From Octopus vulgaris (Eukaryota): 64,000 nt of DNA. Positions 1-13,766 of this stretch are shown piece by piece. Location of the stretch: assembly GCA_951406725.2 (NCBI GenBank), contig OX597816.1, positions 123,690,001-123,754,000 of the forward strand, in the 5' to 3' direction. The notes beneath the pieces are model-generated. The model had not been told where the DNA came from and made no database searches. It saw nothing but the letters and a program-made list of their open reading frames with translations. A program made the position numbers and the translations under genes. The stretch's first letter is position 1; every line of letters begins with the position of its first letter.

Positions 1-88
1 ACTGCTATAACCACAGCAGATCATTTTAGATCACTTGACCATTAAAGTAGATTCCATAGACAGCTCTACTACTGGGTCATACCACTCC

Positions 89-194
89 CATCATCATCAT
101 CATCATCATCATCATCTTCTTCTTCTTCTTCTTCTTCTTCTTCTTCTTCTTCTTCTTCTTCTTCTTCTTCTTCTTCTTCTTTCCTTCTTCTTCT
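89..194. repeat. (CAT)n-(CTT)n compound microsatellite
   Basis: Direct reading; it explains the poly-H/L/K ORFs 35..223 and 77..328. Confidence 0.95.
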
Positions 195-567
195 TGTCTC
201 CTTCTTTGGCTGCTGTTGCTTAAACCATCAAACTTCAGAACCAAACATTTCTCTGCACCCATAAACATTATTTCCTCAGTTCTACTACTATCAACCAAGC
301 CTTCACAAAGGAAATGAGAGACAGACAAAAAAAAAAAAACGGAAATGTCCTACCAATTTAAAGACTATGGAAATATTTACAAAACATTTCATATAATTTT
401 TTCTTCAATTTAATTGTTTTTCTTGTTTTACTCTTAGTTGAATAAGTCAAAATGACTGAAACTGGTATTAACCTTTACAAAATGTATCTCATGATAAAAT
501 TATTTTAGCATTTTCTACCTTGTCTTATTTCCTTATATAAATATATACAAATATATATTTATATAAG

Positions 568-612
<45 letters not shown>

Positions 613-1564
613 TGTAAGGAATATATATATTTAGAGAGAGAGAGAGAGAGAGATAAAAGTGATTTAGATATGAAACCACATAGTTTTTTTTTACTCCAGC
701 CAATAACTAATTATAAATGGCCATTGGAGATGTAGGCAAATTGCAGCAAATAATGGAGGAAGGAAAATAATTCTAGCTAAAGAAAGATTTGATACAAGAT
801 ACAAGTCTGAAAAATAAATATAAGATTATTGTAATACTGAACATTACCTAAATTTCAGATTTTGCTCCAGGGTATGTCACGAGACTGATAGAAAGGAATG
901 TATTAATAGCTAACTTAGCAACACAACAAAACAAAGATATTTTCATCCATTAAATTACCTTGCATAATGACCAATTATGGTTTGATTACTTCAGTTGAAT
1001 TTGCATGAACAATGATTTATCTTGGTTGTTCTGTCTGAACCAAGTTCATTGACATTTTATCATGACTTGAAATAATAAACTTTATAGTTAATTTATTGCT
1101 ACTTATCTACTGTCAAGTTAGCTGATATTGCCTGTAAAGCACCCAACCATTTGTAAATTTCCAATTAGTTTGTTTTCCACTCTCATGCTGTTCTTTCTAT
1201 GTTTTGTGGGACTCTTCTCCTGGGAAAATAAAATTAAAAAGGTTTATTGTTTAACCAAGGCTCAAACTGAGAACACATGACATATAAGCTGAACTACTAT
1301 TTGACAAACACATTAATTATATCACAAAACAAATTTAAAATGATTAATATAAGTTCTACAATCTTCACAGCTTTACATCATGTCTCCTAATAGTATTAAA
1401 TATATCACTATCACAATGTAACTGAGCTAAAGCTTCTTCAGATATTTGTGTCTTAAAAAGTATCCCCAATAGGCCAATCTATGAGTTATTTCAGCATAGA
1501 AATGTTTGATTGTATAAAATTAAGATTCAGGACAGTGTAATAAAGTATGTTCTATACTTCTTTA

Positions 1565-2010
1565 ATATAAGTTTCAAATTCTGGCACAAGGCCAGTAATT
1601 TGGGGGGAAAGGGTAAGTCGATTGCATTGACCCCAGTGTTCAATTTACACTTATTTTATCAACAATGATAGGATGAAAGTTTAAGTTGATTTTGCCAGAA
1701 TTTGAACTCAGAATGTGTTATCCAACATGCTAATGCCTCTGCCAGCTTGCCGTCTTATACTTATTTAATATCAAAAGTGGTGTTAGGGTGGTATACAAAC
1801 AGAATCATTAGCATACTGGAAAAAATGTTTAGTAGCATTTCATCTATCTTTTCTTCTAGGTTCTGAGTTCAAATTCCACTGAGGTCAACTGTGTCCTTTA
1901 TCATTTTGGGGTCGATAAAATAAGTACCAGTTGAATTCTAGATCCAATGTAATTGATTCAATGCATCCCCTAAACTTGCTGGCTTTGTGCCAAAATTTTA
2001 AATCAATATT
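1565..2010. mobile_element. Two head-to-head copies of tRNA-derived SINE family B (about 1565-1755 minus, 1785-2010 plus)
   Basis: Shares GTTCTGAGTTCAAATT (B-box-like) and CCTTTCATCCTTT..GGTCGATAAAATAAGTACCAG core with the copy at 21036. Confidence 0.75.
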
Positions 2011-4149
2011 GAAAGTGGTGATGTAAATGTTGATGAATAAAAATGTAAAGAAAAGATAAGAGTAGCACAAACATCAAAATTCTCTAGACTATATCTTCAA
2101 CTTAAACAAACAATAACAGAGAACATAGCAGATAGAGATAAATATAGGAACATAACAATATATCATACTAATAAAATTACAAATTGAAACAGTATGTGTA
2201 GTATTTACCAAAATATACAAATAACAACAGCTGCATGATATTTATTACAAAACTTGTTTACCAAGTGTTGTAATAAACAAAGGTGTTTATAGAAGGCAAA
2301 TTGTCAGAAAATGAATAGAGTATTGGAGATAGATAGAGTGACCTATGCATAAGAGCATTATCTCCTATTTTCCTTACAACATGCATGTATTCCTGCTAAA
2401 TTTAAAATGATCTCTTGTTAGCTGTTAATAAGTGTGCTGTGGCCTTTGATCTGTTGTCAAATAGGCATCAAAATAAATTGAGGAATTTGATTGACTGTAA
2501 TTCTGATACAAAGGTTTAGTTGCCAGGTGAAATTGTTGACTTGCCTAACAGGTCAACCAAAATTGAAATCACTAAAGAAAACATGATCTGTGAATTACTA
2601 TGTGGTGAGTTTAATTCTTGATGAGAACTGACCTGCATGGAATAAATCATGTTGACAGAAAAAGCATTATGCTTCATGAATTCCCCTCCAAGATGACCAG
2701 AGAAAAAAGACTGCTCAGTGAATGTCATAAATAGTTGTATAAGCAATGCCTTGAAAAGACAATAGTATCATTGTAGAGCAACATACAGATAACCCACAAG
2801 GAGTAGTAAAACAACTAATAGAATTTAATGTAAAAGAATGGTAAATCAGTGAATAAATCAAAATAAAATACTGTATGTGCATATGTGATATATTATATGC
2901 ACAAGATGCATGTGGCGTTTGCATGATATGTATGCTAACCACAAGTGAAATTAACAGAAGGCAAACATCTTATGAACTTTCTTTCATGTATGTGTTTTTG
3001 ATAGGTGGAACAATGAATGTCATTAGTATTTTAAAGGGTTTATGTACTTATTATCTTGTGTTTCACATGAAAGCTTAGCTGCAATGCAGCAACATAAAAA
3101 AACTAGAGATTGAAATAAGTTTAAAAAGATAAATAAATGAGCAAACAAATAAATGTATGAATAAAAGAAGTAGACTCTAAGCTGTCACAAGTGTGTTCTT
3201 GTGTTCTTGGCAATGTATGTGTGTGTGTATGTAAAACAAAAGTAAAACTTGAATAGCAAAACAATCCACTTGAAAGTAAAAGGAATACAAGAAAACAAAA
3301 TAAATTTTTTAAATGATGGAAAATTGTTCAAGAAAGTTAACTGAATCAGGAATTTGTGATGTGTTGTTGTGGGGAAACAACATTGAACCTTTGGCTATGA
3401 GAAATGATTGGTTCTTTATCTTTAGACATTCAGCAATTCTCTGTTTTTCTTTTATTTTATTTTTCTAAAATGATGAAAATATATCCATGTGAAGTATTTC
3501 CTTTGTTGATGATTTTTCTAAGTCTTGAAGTGTTTTGCATGATAAAAGCCTGACTTCAGAACATTTTCAGTTGTACATCTTATAATCATCATCATCATCA
3601 TCGTTGTCCTTGTCGTCATCATCATCACTGTTATCATCATCGTCATCATCACCACCGCCGCTGACACCACCACCACCACCACCACATTCACCATTTAATG
3701 TCCATGTTTGATGTTGGTGCATGTTGGACAGTTTCACAAGTGTCCAGTAAGTCCAAAGAATGCATTGTACTCCAGTGGCTGCTTTGACTTAATTTTCACT
3801 GCTGGATGACCTTCCTAACATCAACCATTTTACACTGCTACTGAGATTGTAATGCTGTTAAGGAATCTACAAAACCCAAGGAATGGTAAGGAGTTGCATC
3901 TTTATTTTAGATGGTGGTTTGAAGCATATAGATATGCAACTAGGTACCAATGGTTAGCATAGCTGAGGCCATATTGGAAGCCTGAGGAACTGTGCAGTTG
4001 GAAAAAAGCTCCTTCATAAGATGGGTTATCATATTCTCCATGGTTACAAATTGTAGCATGAAGGCTGTAATCTTAGGCAGTGTTCACCAATTCAGCATGG
4101 AAAATTATGGAAATATGAATGGAAAGAATGAAAGGAGACACTAATATAC

Positions 4150-4360
4150 TCTTTTCTCTTTTACTCTTTTACTCTTTTATTTGTTTCAGTCATTTGACTG
4201 CGGCCATGCTGGAGCACCGCCTTTAGTCGAGCAAATTCTTTGTAAGCCCAGTACTTATTCTATCGGTCTCTTTTGCCAAACTGCTAAGTGACAGGGACGT
4301 AAACACACCAGCATCGGTTGTCAAGAAATGCTAGGGGGACAAACACAGACACACAAACAC

Positions 4361-4393
<33 letters not shown>

Positions 4394-6462
4394 CATACTA
4401 GCTGAAGGTGACCCGCTCTATGCGCGGGTAAGAGTGTGGTTGTTACTTTCTGTTGCTTCCTTTCAGCACGTAAAAAGCACCATCCGAACGTGGCTGATTG
4501 CAGCACCGCCTTGACTTGCTTCTGTGCCAGTGGCACGTAAAAAGCACCAACCGATCGTTGCCGCTATGAGCCCCCCTGGCACCTGTGCCGGCAGCACGAA
4601 AAAAGCACCCACTATGCTCACAGAGTGGTTGGCGTTAGGAAGGTCATCCACCTGTAGAAACACTGCCAGATCAGACTGGAGCCTGGTGCAGCCTCCTGGC
4701 TTCCCAGACCCTGGTCACACTGTCCAACCCGTGCTAGCACGGAAAACGGATTTTAAACGATGATGATGATGATGATGATTCTCCATCTTTGTTTCTTTCT
4801 CCTTTCTCTCTCACTTTCCCACTCTCTTACTTTTCTTTTCTCTCGGACTCTCCCTCGCTTTCTCTTACTCTCTATCTTTATCTATCTCTCTCCCATTTAT
4901 AAACAACAGAAGATCTTGAGTAAGTTGAGAAATAAAATATTTAGAAAGATCAATCATAAATATCAGGCAGTGGCAACGGAAAGGTCTGCTTCAAGGCAGA
5001 CAGCAAAACGCTAACATTTAAAAGGGACAGACGAACTTGCGAGCTGAATAAAAATAATAAAATATTGGAAACCAAAGTTTGAAGGGATAGAATCTGAGGA
5101 TAGTAGAGTCACCATGGCTGGCATTTCTTAATGACGGACAGCAATGTATTGAACTTGATGTAAAAGAAAATTCGTAAACACCAAGTTTTGAAGTGATTCT
5201 TTCTCACGACAGTAGACTCACCATGGCAAGCATTCAAAACTTCTTTATCATGGATGGCAACACATTGACAATTAAAGGCTGGCGCAAATTTTTTAGCTTG
5301 ATGTAACAGAGAATTCCTAAACACCCGCACCTTGAAATTTTTATCCCCTTCCAGCCCCATTTAGACCCCTTTTCACATTTTGGTTAATATAACCCAATTT
5401 CATTCGGGTCTACTGGGGCCACATTTTATAAGATGAGGAATTTTGTCCTAGAGGTGATGCCTTTCAATTGAGGAAAAAAATAGTTGTCATGCAAACTTGC
5501 CAGCACTTTTAACATAGGTGTGCATATTTTCAGCTGAATTGACCGACTATGTAATGCACACATTATATATATATATATATGTATATATGTGTGTGTGTGT
5601 GCACGCATTATATATACAAATGTATACAAATGAGATATATATCTGTATAAATTAAATTAGAGATAAAACCACTAATAGGCAAATCAAACAGTGAAAAACC
5701 AAAAACAAAAACATTAAAAAAAATATAATATAGAAAATATAGAAAATATAAAATTGAAAAATTTAAATTATTTAAATTGAAAATAAAAATTATTAAATTA
5801 TATTTATAATTTGTTTAAAAATATATATAACTATGAAAAAGTATGAAAAAGTTTAATATACATAAATACAGATATATATACTTTGTATATATACATTATA
5901 TATACATATTTATATGTAGAACACACACACACATACATTATATATACATATTTATATATAGAACACACACACACATATAAATGAACGCAAGAATATCTGA
6001 TTCATAATATTTGTTCTCATGCTCGTGTGTTGTTGGTGACAGACATATACATAAAAGAACGCCGAAGTGATGGGAAGGTAGGAAACAGAGTGAGTGAAAA
6101 AGAGAGGAAATAGCGAGAGTGACAGATACATTAAATAACAGGAGTGGACTTGTCAAAGTTATAGATGAAGGGGAGTGAGAGGGGAATGTAGGAAATAGCG
6201 TGAGTGAGGAAGATGGCCCCTAGCAACCACACCTTTTAAGATAGGGATTTCTAAGGTAGCCCACGGGCGTCGTCACCTCATTCTACATGACCCTGTAAAT
6301 TTTGGAGCAAATCAGACGGGACGTAGTGGCATTGAAAGCGATCCAAGTGGTAAAAATGCATTTCAGTTTTATATATAGAGATATACGACAGCCTTCTTTC
6401 GGTTTCCGTCTACCAAATCCACTCACAAGGCATTGGTCGGCCCGGGGCTATAGCAGAAGACA
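4150..6462 (-). mobile_element. SINE family A split into 4150-4397 and 6382-6462 by a Helitron-like insertion
   Basis: Both halves match the reverse complement of the intact copy 51524-51930; the break falls in its internal (TA)n. Confidence 0.75.
4398..6381 (-). mobile_element. Non-autonomous Helitron-like element containing a nested RTE 3' tail (4463-4780)
   Basis: Minus-strand 3' CTAG (4398-4401) with GC hairpin ACCCGC..GCGGGT about 10 nt inside; minus-strand 5' TCTCTATATATAAAACTG matches the other Helitron heads in the window. Confidence 0.7.
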
Positions 6463-6489
6463 CCACGAAAATATAATACCACTAATAAA

Positions 6490-6871
6490 AACAAAAGCAC
6501 TCAGGGAGCACAAATCTCAACCAAGGCAACACCAACCTCCTCTCAATGATTGACTGGAGATGATTTTTAGAAAAGAGAATATCTGAAATAAACTCGACTG
6601 CTTTCACAAATGAGAATACTAAAAATGAACTTGACCGCTCTGAAAAAAATAAGTAAAAATAACCAGAAAAATAATCCAGAATCCTTGTCCGGTACCGGTC
6701 CTGGATTGATCCCAAAATCTAATCAGTTTGTGCCAGTCACAAGGCCAAACATCCCTGAAAATTTCATCCAAATCCATCCAGTGCTCCTTGAGATATCTTG
6801 TCCACGGACAAACAAGCAAACAAACACGACTGAAAACAATACTTCCACCTTTGCTTAAGTGGAGGTAATAA
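6490..6871 (-). mobile_element. Helentron-associated (HINE/DINE-1-like) non-autonomous element
   Basis: Reverse complement of the 33349-33721 element: TTATTACCTCC head, (GTTT)n, 3' GCTCCCTGAGTGC stem-loop. Confidence 0.7.
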
Positions 6872-6964
6872 CTGGATTACATAGAATCCTGAGAATGTGT
6901 TCAATGTGAGATATTTGTAGAAGATAACTGTCTAAAAATGGAGATAGCATTAGAAAGAGATAGA

Positions 6965-7325
6965 ATGTGTGTGTGTGTCCATGCTTGTGTGCATATGTGT
7001 GTGCATGTGTGTGCATAAGTACGTGTGTGAGTATGTGGGTGTGTGTAAGTGTGTGTGAATGTGTGTGAGAGTGTATGTGCATGTGTGCATGTGTGTGCGG
7101 TTGTGCATGCTTGTGTGAGTGTGTGTGCATTAGTATGTGTGAGTGTGTGTATGAGCGTGTTTGCATGTGTGTGTATGTGTGCATGTGTATGCATGTGTGT
7201 GTGCATGTGTATGCATGTGTGTGTGCATGTATGTGTGCATGCTTGTGTGTGTGTATGTGTGTGCATGTGTGTACTTGTGTGTGTGTAAGCATGTATGTGT
7301 GGGGGTGGGGTGTGCTCATGTGTGG
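6965..7325. repeat. Degenerate (GT)n/(GTGCAT)n low-complexity tract
   Basis: Direct reading; it generates the spurious H/T-rich and C/V-rich ORFs. Confidence 0.9.
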
Positions 7326-7789
7326 GGGTGAGTTGGAGAGAGAGCATTGTCTCATGTTTTCTTTATGACATGAATGGATTCCTGCCAAATGTGAAATGAT
7401 CTCTGGCAAACTGTTAATAATAGTACTTTTTATAACGAATCTCGATTCACAGCCAAGAACATCATGTGACAAGAGCTTCTAGAAGGTTCTTCAAACTTCA
7501 CACAAAAAAAAAAAAACAAAAAAAGGTGGGCTTTTGATCTGCTGTCAAAAGGATATCAAAATAAAGTGGGTGAATTTGATTAACTGTAATTCTGATGTGA
7601 AAGTATAATTGCCAGGTGAAATTGTTTATTTGATTGATTGGTTAAGAAAATAGAAAAATCTACCAAGAAAACATAGCCTGTGAATTGATATGCACTTGTT
7701 TCAATTTTTGGACAAGACCTGACCTCCTTACAGGAATCCTCACACCCCAAGGAAAGACAGGGTAGGATATTTTACAATGTTTATGTGAA

Positions 7790-8310
7790 AGCATATGGCT
7801 TAGTGGTTAGAGTATTTGGCCCATGATCATAAGGTCATGAGTTCGATACCTGGTGGTGCATTGTGTTCTTGAGCAAGACACTTTATTTCATGTTTCTCCA
7901 GTTCACTCAGTTTGTCCAGTAGGTCCAAGGACTGTAAATCAGTCTTTTTTTCTCTGGTAATCTTGGAGGGGAATTCATGAAGCATAATGCTTTTTCTGTC
8001 AACATGATTTATTCCATGCAGGTCAGTTCTCATCAAGAATTAAACTCATCACATAGTAATTCACGGATCATGTCTTCTTCAGTGATTTCAATTTTGGTTG
8101 ACCTGTTAGTCCAGTCAATAATTTCACCTGGCAACTGTAACTGTAATTCAAAGAACCTGCCTTGTCACAGTCAGTATCTCACTGAATCTCCCTGAGAACT
8201 GTGGTAATTGTACAAATGCCTGCGAAGTGCTCAGCCACTTGTATGTTAATTTCACAAGCAGGCTGTTTGGATCAACTGGAACACTCATCGTCATAACCAA
8301 TGGAAATGCT
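7790..8310 (+). mobile_element. tRNA-derived SINE family C, interrupted by an inverted 195-bp genomic insert
   Basis: A box TGGCTTAGTGG, B box GAGTTCGATACC, GTTCTTGAGCAAGACACTT core; related copies at 52270-52573(-) and 63520-63810(-). Confidence 0.75.
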
Positions 8311-8519
8311 AGTTATATTCCAGCTGCTTTACTTGTATCAGTTACTTTTAATTTGAATTGATCACATATTAGCATCCTTATAATTAGGAAGCATATTTTT
8401 GAGCCAATGAGAGAGAGAATGCATGGAAGAGTTTCTATATAGCCACCCAACTAGACAGAGATACCAGTCAATACTCCCTCAAATCACACTTTACCATCTT
8501 AAATAAGAAATAGCTACTA

Positions 8520-8920
8520 GATGAATGAGATGACATGTTTCTTTATTAGCCACACAGGGCAAATTACAAAGTAGAGCTTTTCTTTTTGGGGGAAAGCACA
8601 AAAGAAAAGAAAGTGGAGTAGGTTTTCAATCAAAAGGGATCGTAAAAAGGAAAGAAAGAAAAAAACAAAAAACATCAATCAATAGGGATCATGTATCACA
8701 GAAATGTCATGATGTAAAGTGTAAAGAGGGAAACAAATAAGGTTTATCCATGGAAAGAAAAAAGCCTTTGGAAAAGACCATGGTAACCTCGATCAATAAT
8801 GTCACATGTTAACACATTTATTTGTAAGTAAGTAATTCTCTGTTTTAAATTTTTCTGGGTTCATAGGAGCGTGCTCATTGTGGCTTCATCATTCATACGT
8901 GCCATCCTTGCTATATTCAC
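8520..8920 (-). mobile_element. 3' end of an L1/Tx1-like LINE (ORF end plus 3' UTR)
   Basis: Minus strand reads VNIARMARMNDEATMSTLL*, then a UTR ending AATAAAGAAACAT-(TCAT)n; the family assignment is inference. Confidence 0.4.
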
Positions 8921-10271
8921 AGCTATTCATACCCCTAAAAGAAAAAAACCTGATTGCCATGATTGAAATGTTTTTGATGATAAATCTTCTTGATTAAAGC
9001 TGACTTGTGGTGAGAAACAGAAAGCATATTATTTACAAGTTGTTCCTCTATTTCTACAAGTTCTGATTGTTCAACATCAACTAGAATGGTGTTTCTTAAT
9101 CTGGTATAGAACAGGGTTGTGACCACTGAAAGGAAAAATGACAAATGTTTGTAGTAACTGGAGTCTATTTAAGAAGGGAGTTCATTATTCATTACCATGA
9201 TTTTTATTATGATGCATGCAGTCTTGATTTATATGAGGCTACTTCCACAAACAGCAGCTGGTTATTAGTTGTTTATTTTTTGTCGTTGCTGTTTTTATTC
9301 ATTTCTATGTGGTCTTTGAGTTATCATTTGTGGTTCATTTCTGAGTTGCTTTTATTTTTGTTAAAAATAGGAAAGAGTGATTGTTTAGTAACTTTTTACT
9401 TTCTTTACTTATTGCTCAAATTTTAAACAAAATGAACAACAAAACTAAATTTAATATGATACCCCTTCCCATCTTAAACAACTACAACAACACATAAAGG
9501 AAGGAATATTTTTAATTTCATCAAAAGTTTTTCCTGATAACAAGTAAGGAGGATGCTGTAGAGTGTCATGAGTTAAATCCCTTCAACTGCTGCCAATCAA
9601 AATGATATCAGCTTCTCTTTGACAAAATGAAAATAGCATGCTATTATCATAGATGACTATAATGAGCTTTCTTATTTATCTAATTTTTAGTGGAAGAACT
9701 AATTAAAAGTAATTTAATATTATTAAAGATTAAAATTTTATTGACAGGCAACTTTATTTCATACTGGTTTTAATTTTGTGGTAAAATTAATGCTATCATA
9801 AACTAAATTAGTGGGTAATTAATTATTTAAATTTGTAGCAGGATAAAAATAATCATTTTTCTTGGGGAGATAAAAATTATTGACCAGTGAGTATTTATTT
9901 TATAATAGCCAATATAAACCAAATTGTAAAGTTAATGTTGTAACTGGAAGACCTTAACAATCAACATGTAGAGAGTGAGAACTTTTAGAATTAGGTACTT
10001 CTATACATTAATATATCTCATTACTTTGATAATGAATTCTTTTGTTCTTTATTGTGTTCAGAAACTGTAAGCTGCTTATTTGTTTTATTTTAACAGTCCT
10101 CACTTTTCACATTTATAAAGAATATCAATCATGATAATGTCACTGTATTTCCAATTATAGAATAAGTGGGAGTTAAAGTGAAATGAAGTGGACTCAACTA
10201 TATAAATAACTCTATATGCATTGGTTTCATTTTCTCAACAGCAGCGCTTTTACAGAGCTTTTTATAAATGA

Positions 10272-11007
10272 CTAGCAGTATAACCCGGCCTTGCCCGGGA
10301 TTAAGTTACAATTATTAAGCTAATCAAGTTCTTTATTTCAAACCAAACTAAGTAATATAGACATCAAATTTGGGCGAAATCCGTTGAAATTAGTTATATT
10401 ATATATATATATTATATATATATATATATATATAATATAATATAAATATATATGGGCAACAGACACGAACACACATACACACGCATACGTATGTACACCT
10501 ATTGCATGTTTTGTGCACACATACATGTTCATAAACAGAAATGAATGGAAAAAATGTTGTTAAATTTGTAGATTAACACTCGCACGATTTTCACTAAAGT
10601 ATATATACTATGATTATAAAATATAGTGTCTTTCAAAAACAAAAAACAAAACATTTTACATTTTATTTTTTATGAACGTCATAACTTACTCTCTCTCTCT
10701 CTCCCTCTCTCACTTTGTCTTTCCCATGAAACTCTCTGCCTCCTTTTTCCACTTTTCTTTATCTTATTTTTTTTTTTTTGTTAGACACCATAAAAAAGCC
10801 AAGGCTGATATTTTTCATGGCTAAAAGCTATGTCTGAAAATAGATTTTTAGGCTACCCACGGGTGCCTCGGGGACAAAAATAAGTTGACAAAACCAAGAT
10901 AGGATGTTGACAAATGTCCTCCTAAAATTGGAGCGACATGCATGCTAATTTGTGGACGTGCATAAATTACAATCATGTACACACACACACATCCTCCCTT
11001 TTATAGA
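10272..11007 (-). mobile_element. Non-autonomous Helitron-like element
   Basis: Minus-strand 3' CTAG with hairpin CCCGG-CCTTGC-CCGGG about 10 nt inside; minus-strand 5' TCTATAAAAG; A|T insertion site. Confidence 0.7.
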
Positions 11008-13494
11008 TATTATATTGCTAAGGAATATCCTGTTTTGTAAAATCTCACTAAGTATAAAAAAAATGAAGCATTTTGAATAATGAAAGTATTATGGCTCTTA
11101 ATCCAGTTCCAATTATTTTTGTTAATTTTTAAGTAATGAATCAATTCCTAAGGCTCATACAATAATTAACTTATGTCATGTAATCAATTATACCAGACTG
11201 TTGTATTTGAAAATGAAGTTTTGCCTTTTTCATGAATAGTGTGTCTTCTCTAAGTTTGAGATGCTGATTTCAAATATGTACAGGGAATTTGCATATTATA
11301 TCAAGTTTTTTTGAAGAAATATATTTTAGAATTTTAACAGTATGCATATAGAATATGCATATTAGTAGAATAGAATTTGTAATTATGTGAAATATTTGCA
11401 AGAATAATCATTTTAGCTGTTTTATGAGATGATTTAGCCCATTATATCACCATTTTAGCTTTCATGTTAGATTTATATTGATGAAAATTAGACATATTTT
11501 GTATAAATTTATTAAAACTTGGCATATTTTATTAAACAAATATAATTGATTTTGCATTATCTAGCCATGAAAAATCAGTGAACTAGATCAAGTATCATTG
11601 AAATGATAAATATAATAGTAAAAAAAATTTCTGTCAGAAGAAATGTATCACCCAGTCAACAAAGTCTGTCTATTTCATGGTAATGCAACATCTTCAGATG
11701 TTGAATGAGAATAAAAATAAGATTTGTTTGCCAGATACGCTGTTTAATGTATCAGCTTTCTCTTTTTACATTGTTGCACATGATCACTTCTATTTTGTTC
11801 TCTTATTAGACAACATCTGACCTCATATCTGCATTCAGCCAACCCTGTATCGTTTCCTTGTAGTTTTGTCTTGGTGGAAACACTTTCATTGCTCTTTACT
11901 AACAGTCTATAAAGTGGCAAAGAAGTAGTCTAAATGTCTGTGGAGGAAATTTACTTCGATGGCGATGTTACATTATAACTTCTGGACTGAACAAAGTAAT
12001 TTATTCAAATCTCTACATATCATCAAACTGTTTTCAAAGTATTTGAGCTTTACTACTACAACTTTCCAGGACTGATAAGTTCTTTTTAAATATACTGAAC
12101 GATTAACCATAACAGAGGCAAACATATTTCAATTACTCAACAAAACACATTTTAAACAGGCTTTTAAACTATCATTTAAAGTCACCATTCACCTAATTCA
12201 TAAAGACATCCCATTACAGCTCATTAATGTTATAACTATCCCATTCTAAACAATTGCAACAGACTTTTTTCTCTACACCAATAGAAGCTAAATTTTCTCA
12301 GGTTATTTCAATCTAGACTGGATTGCAACAATTTTAGATGATCTAAATTGTGCACTAAGTCATTTAATTCAGTTTATGTGAAGGGTTTAAGTACTCAAAT
12401 ATCAATAATTTTTGTTTAAGTTTCATCCTCAGTAGCTTCCTCATATTGACCAATATCATGTAACTTATCAAATACTGGAATGATCACTTTGGTACAATAA
12501 AGTAAGTTACAAATCATATGACAGTTGAAGGCACATTTATGTAATCTGTCTTCAATTTGGCCTTGCAATACCAGCCATGCAAAAATGGTAATTTTAAAAC
12601 TGGTTCATAAATTCTATCTAGAACATTAGCACACCATATCTTTTTTTTCTTTTTTAATTTTTTTTTTATCTTTAGTCCTTTACCTCAGATTTACAATCCG
12701 AATTAGGTGATAATAGTAAGAAACTCATTGTCTGTTTTGAACACCTAATTTCATTCTAAAGTAGGTGTATTCAGCTTTTGCAAGAAATGGGCTGCATAAA
12801 ACATAACTCAACATGTGATGGGCCACACTATTAAAAATTCAAAGTAATTTTTTTCATTACATATCCTATTCAGAAAGTCCCTCAGGCTGCAGGTTGCCCA
12901 TGACCACTCTAAAATATGTGAAATATACTCTTCTAACAGTTTCTGTAAAAAGTTGTCACTGCTTTGTTGTTTTAAAAGATCCATAAATGCATGAGAAGAT
13001 ATCAGACTTTGTCTATTAATACTAGAGATATTATATTACAAGTTTAATTTAGTAATAACAGACAAACTAAAATTTCAATAACAAACTCAGTTTTTGTTTT
13101 GCCTGAACACCTGATGATACGACACATTAATGTTGAGATATATAAGGAAGCACATATTTGCAAATGTATACAAATCAAGTTGGGAAAACTTCCTCGTTAC
13201 CATAACATTTCAAAGTATACAGAGTATTTCTTCATTTGGAGTTTATTAGGATTACAACTTACCTCAGCAAATAAGAATAAGAAAACTGATTGAAAAAGAT
13301 ATATGCTGAACTGTTTTCTCACACCATTGACCTTTGAAAGTTTACAGGCTATTTTTCAGAAGAAGGAGCTCATCCATTGAACTTTTCTTAACTAATGATA
13401 ACTCTCTCTTGTTGCTTTCCTAATAAATGCTTTCACTATTTTAAGAACCTATACTTTCTTTGTCTTAATATATAGACTCAGTATTTTTTTTATG

Positions 13495-13766
13495 TGCCCT
13501 TTTCAAGCCTAGCCAGGCTCATGGGCCTGGTTTCCCAGTTTCTGTGGTGTATATGTTCCCTCCTTCCAGCTGGACGGGAAATAGGAAGAAAGAGTGAGAG
13601 AAAGTTGGGGCGAAAGAGTACAACAGGGGTCGCCACTACCCACTACCCTCATGGAGCTTTAGGTGTTTTCACTCAATAAACACACACAACACCCAGTCTG
13701 GGAATTGAAACCATGATCTTCTGACCACGAGTCCACTGCCCTAACCATTGGGCCATTGCGCCTCCA
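13495..13766 (-). mobile_element. tRNA-derived SINE family D
   Basis: Minus strand GTGGAGGCGCAATGGCCCAATGGTTAG..GGTTTCAATTCCCAG; paralogue at 36300-36603. Confidence 0.7.

Noticed and set aside
35-328. ORFs with poly-His/Leu/Lys
   Set aside because: Translation of a (CAT)n(CTT)n microsatellite
6855-7472. 205-aa His/Thr-rich ORF and overlapping Cys/Val-rich ORFs
   Set aside because: Low-complexity (GT)n tract that lacks stop codons; the same applies to the ORFs at 47730-48408
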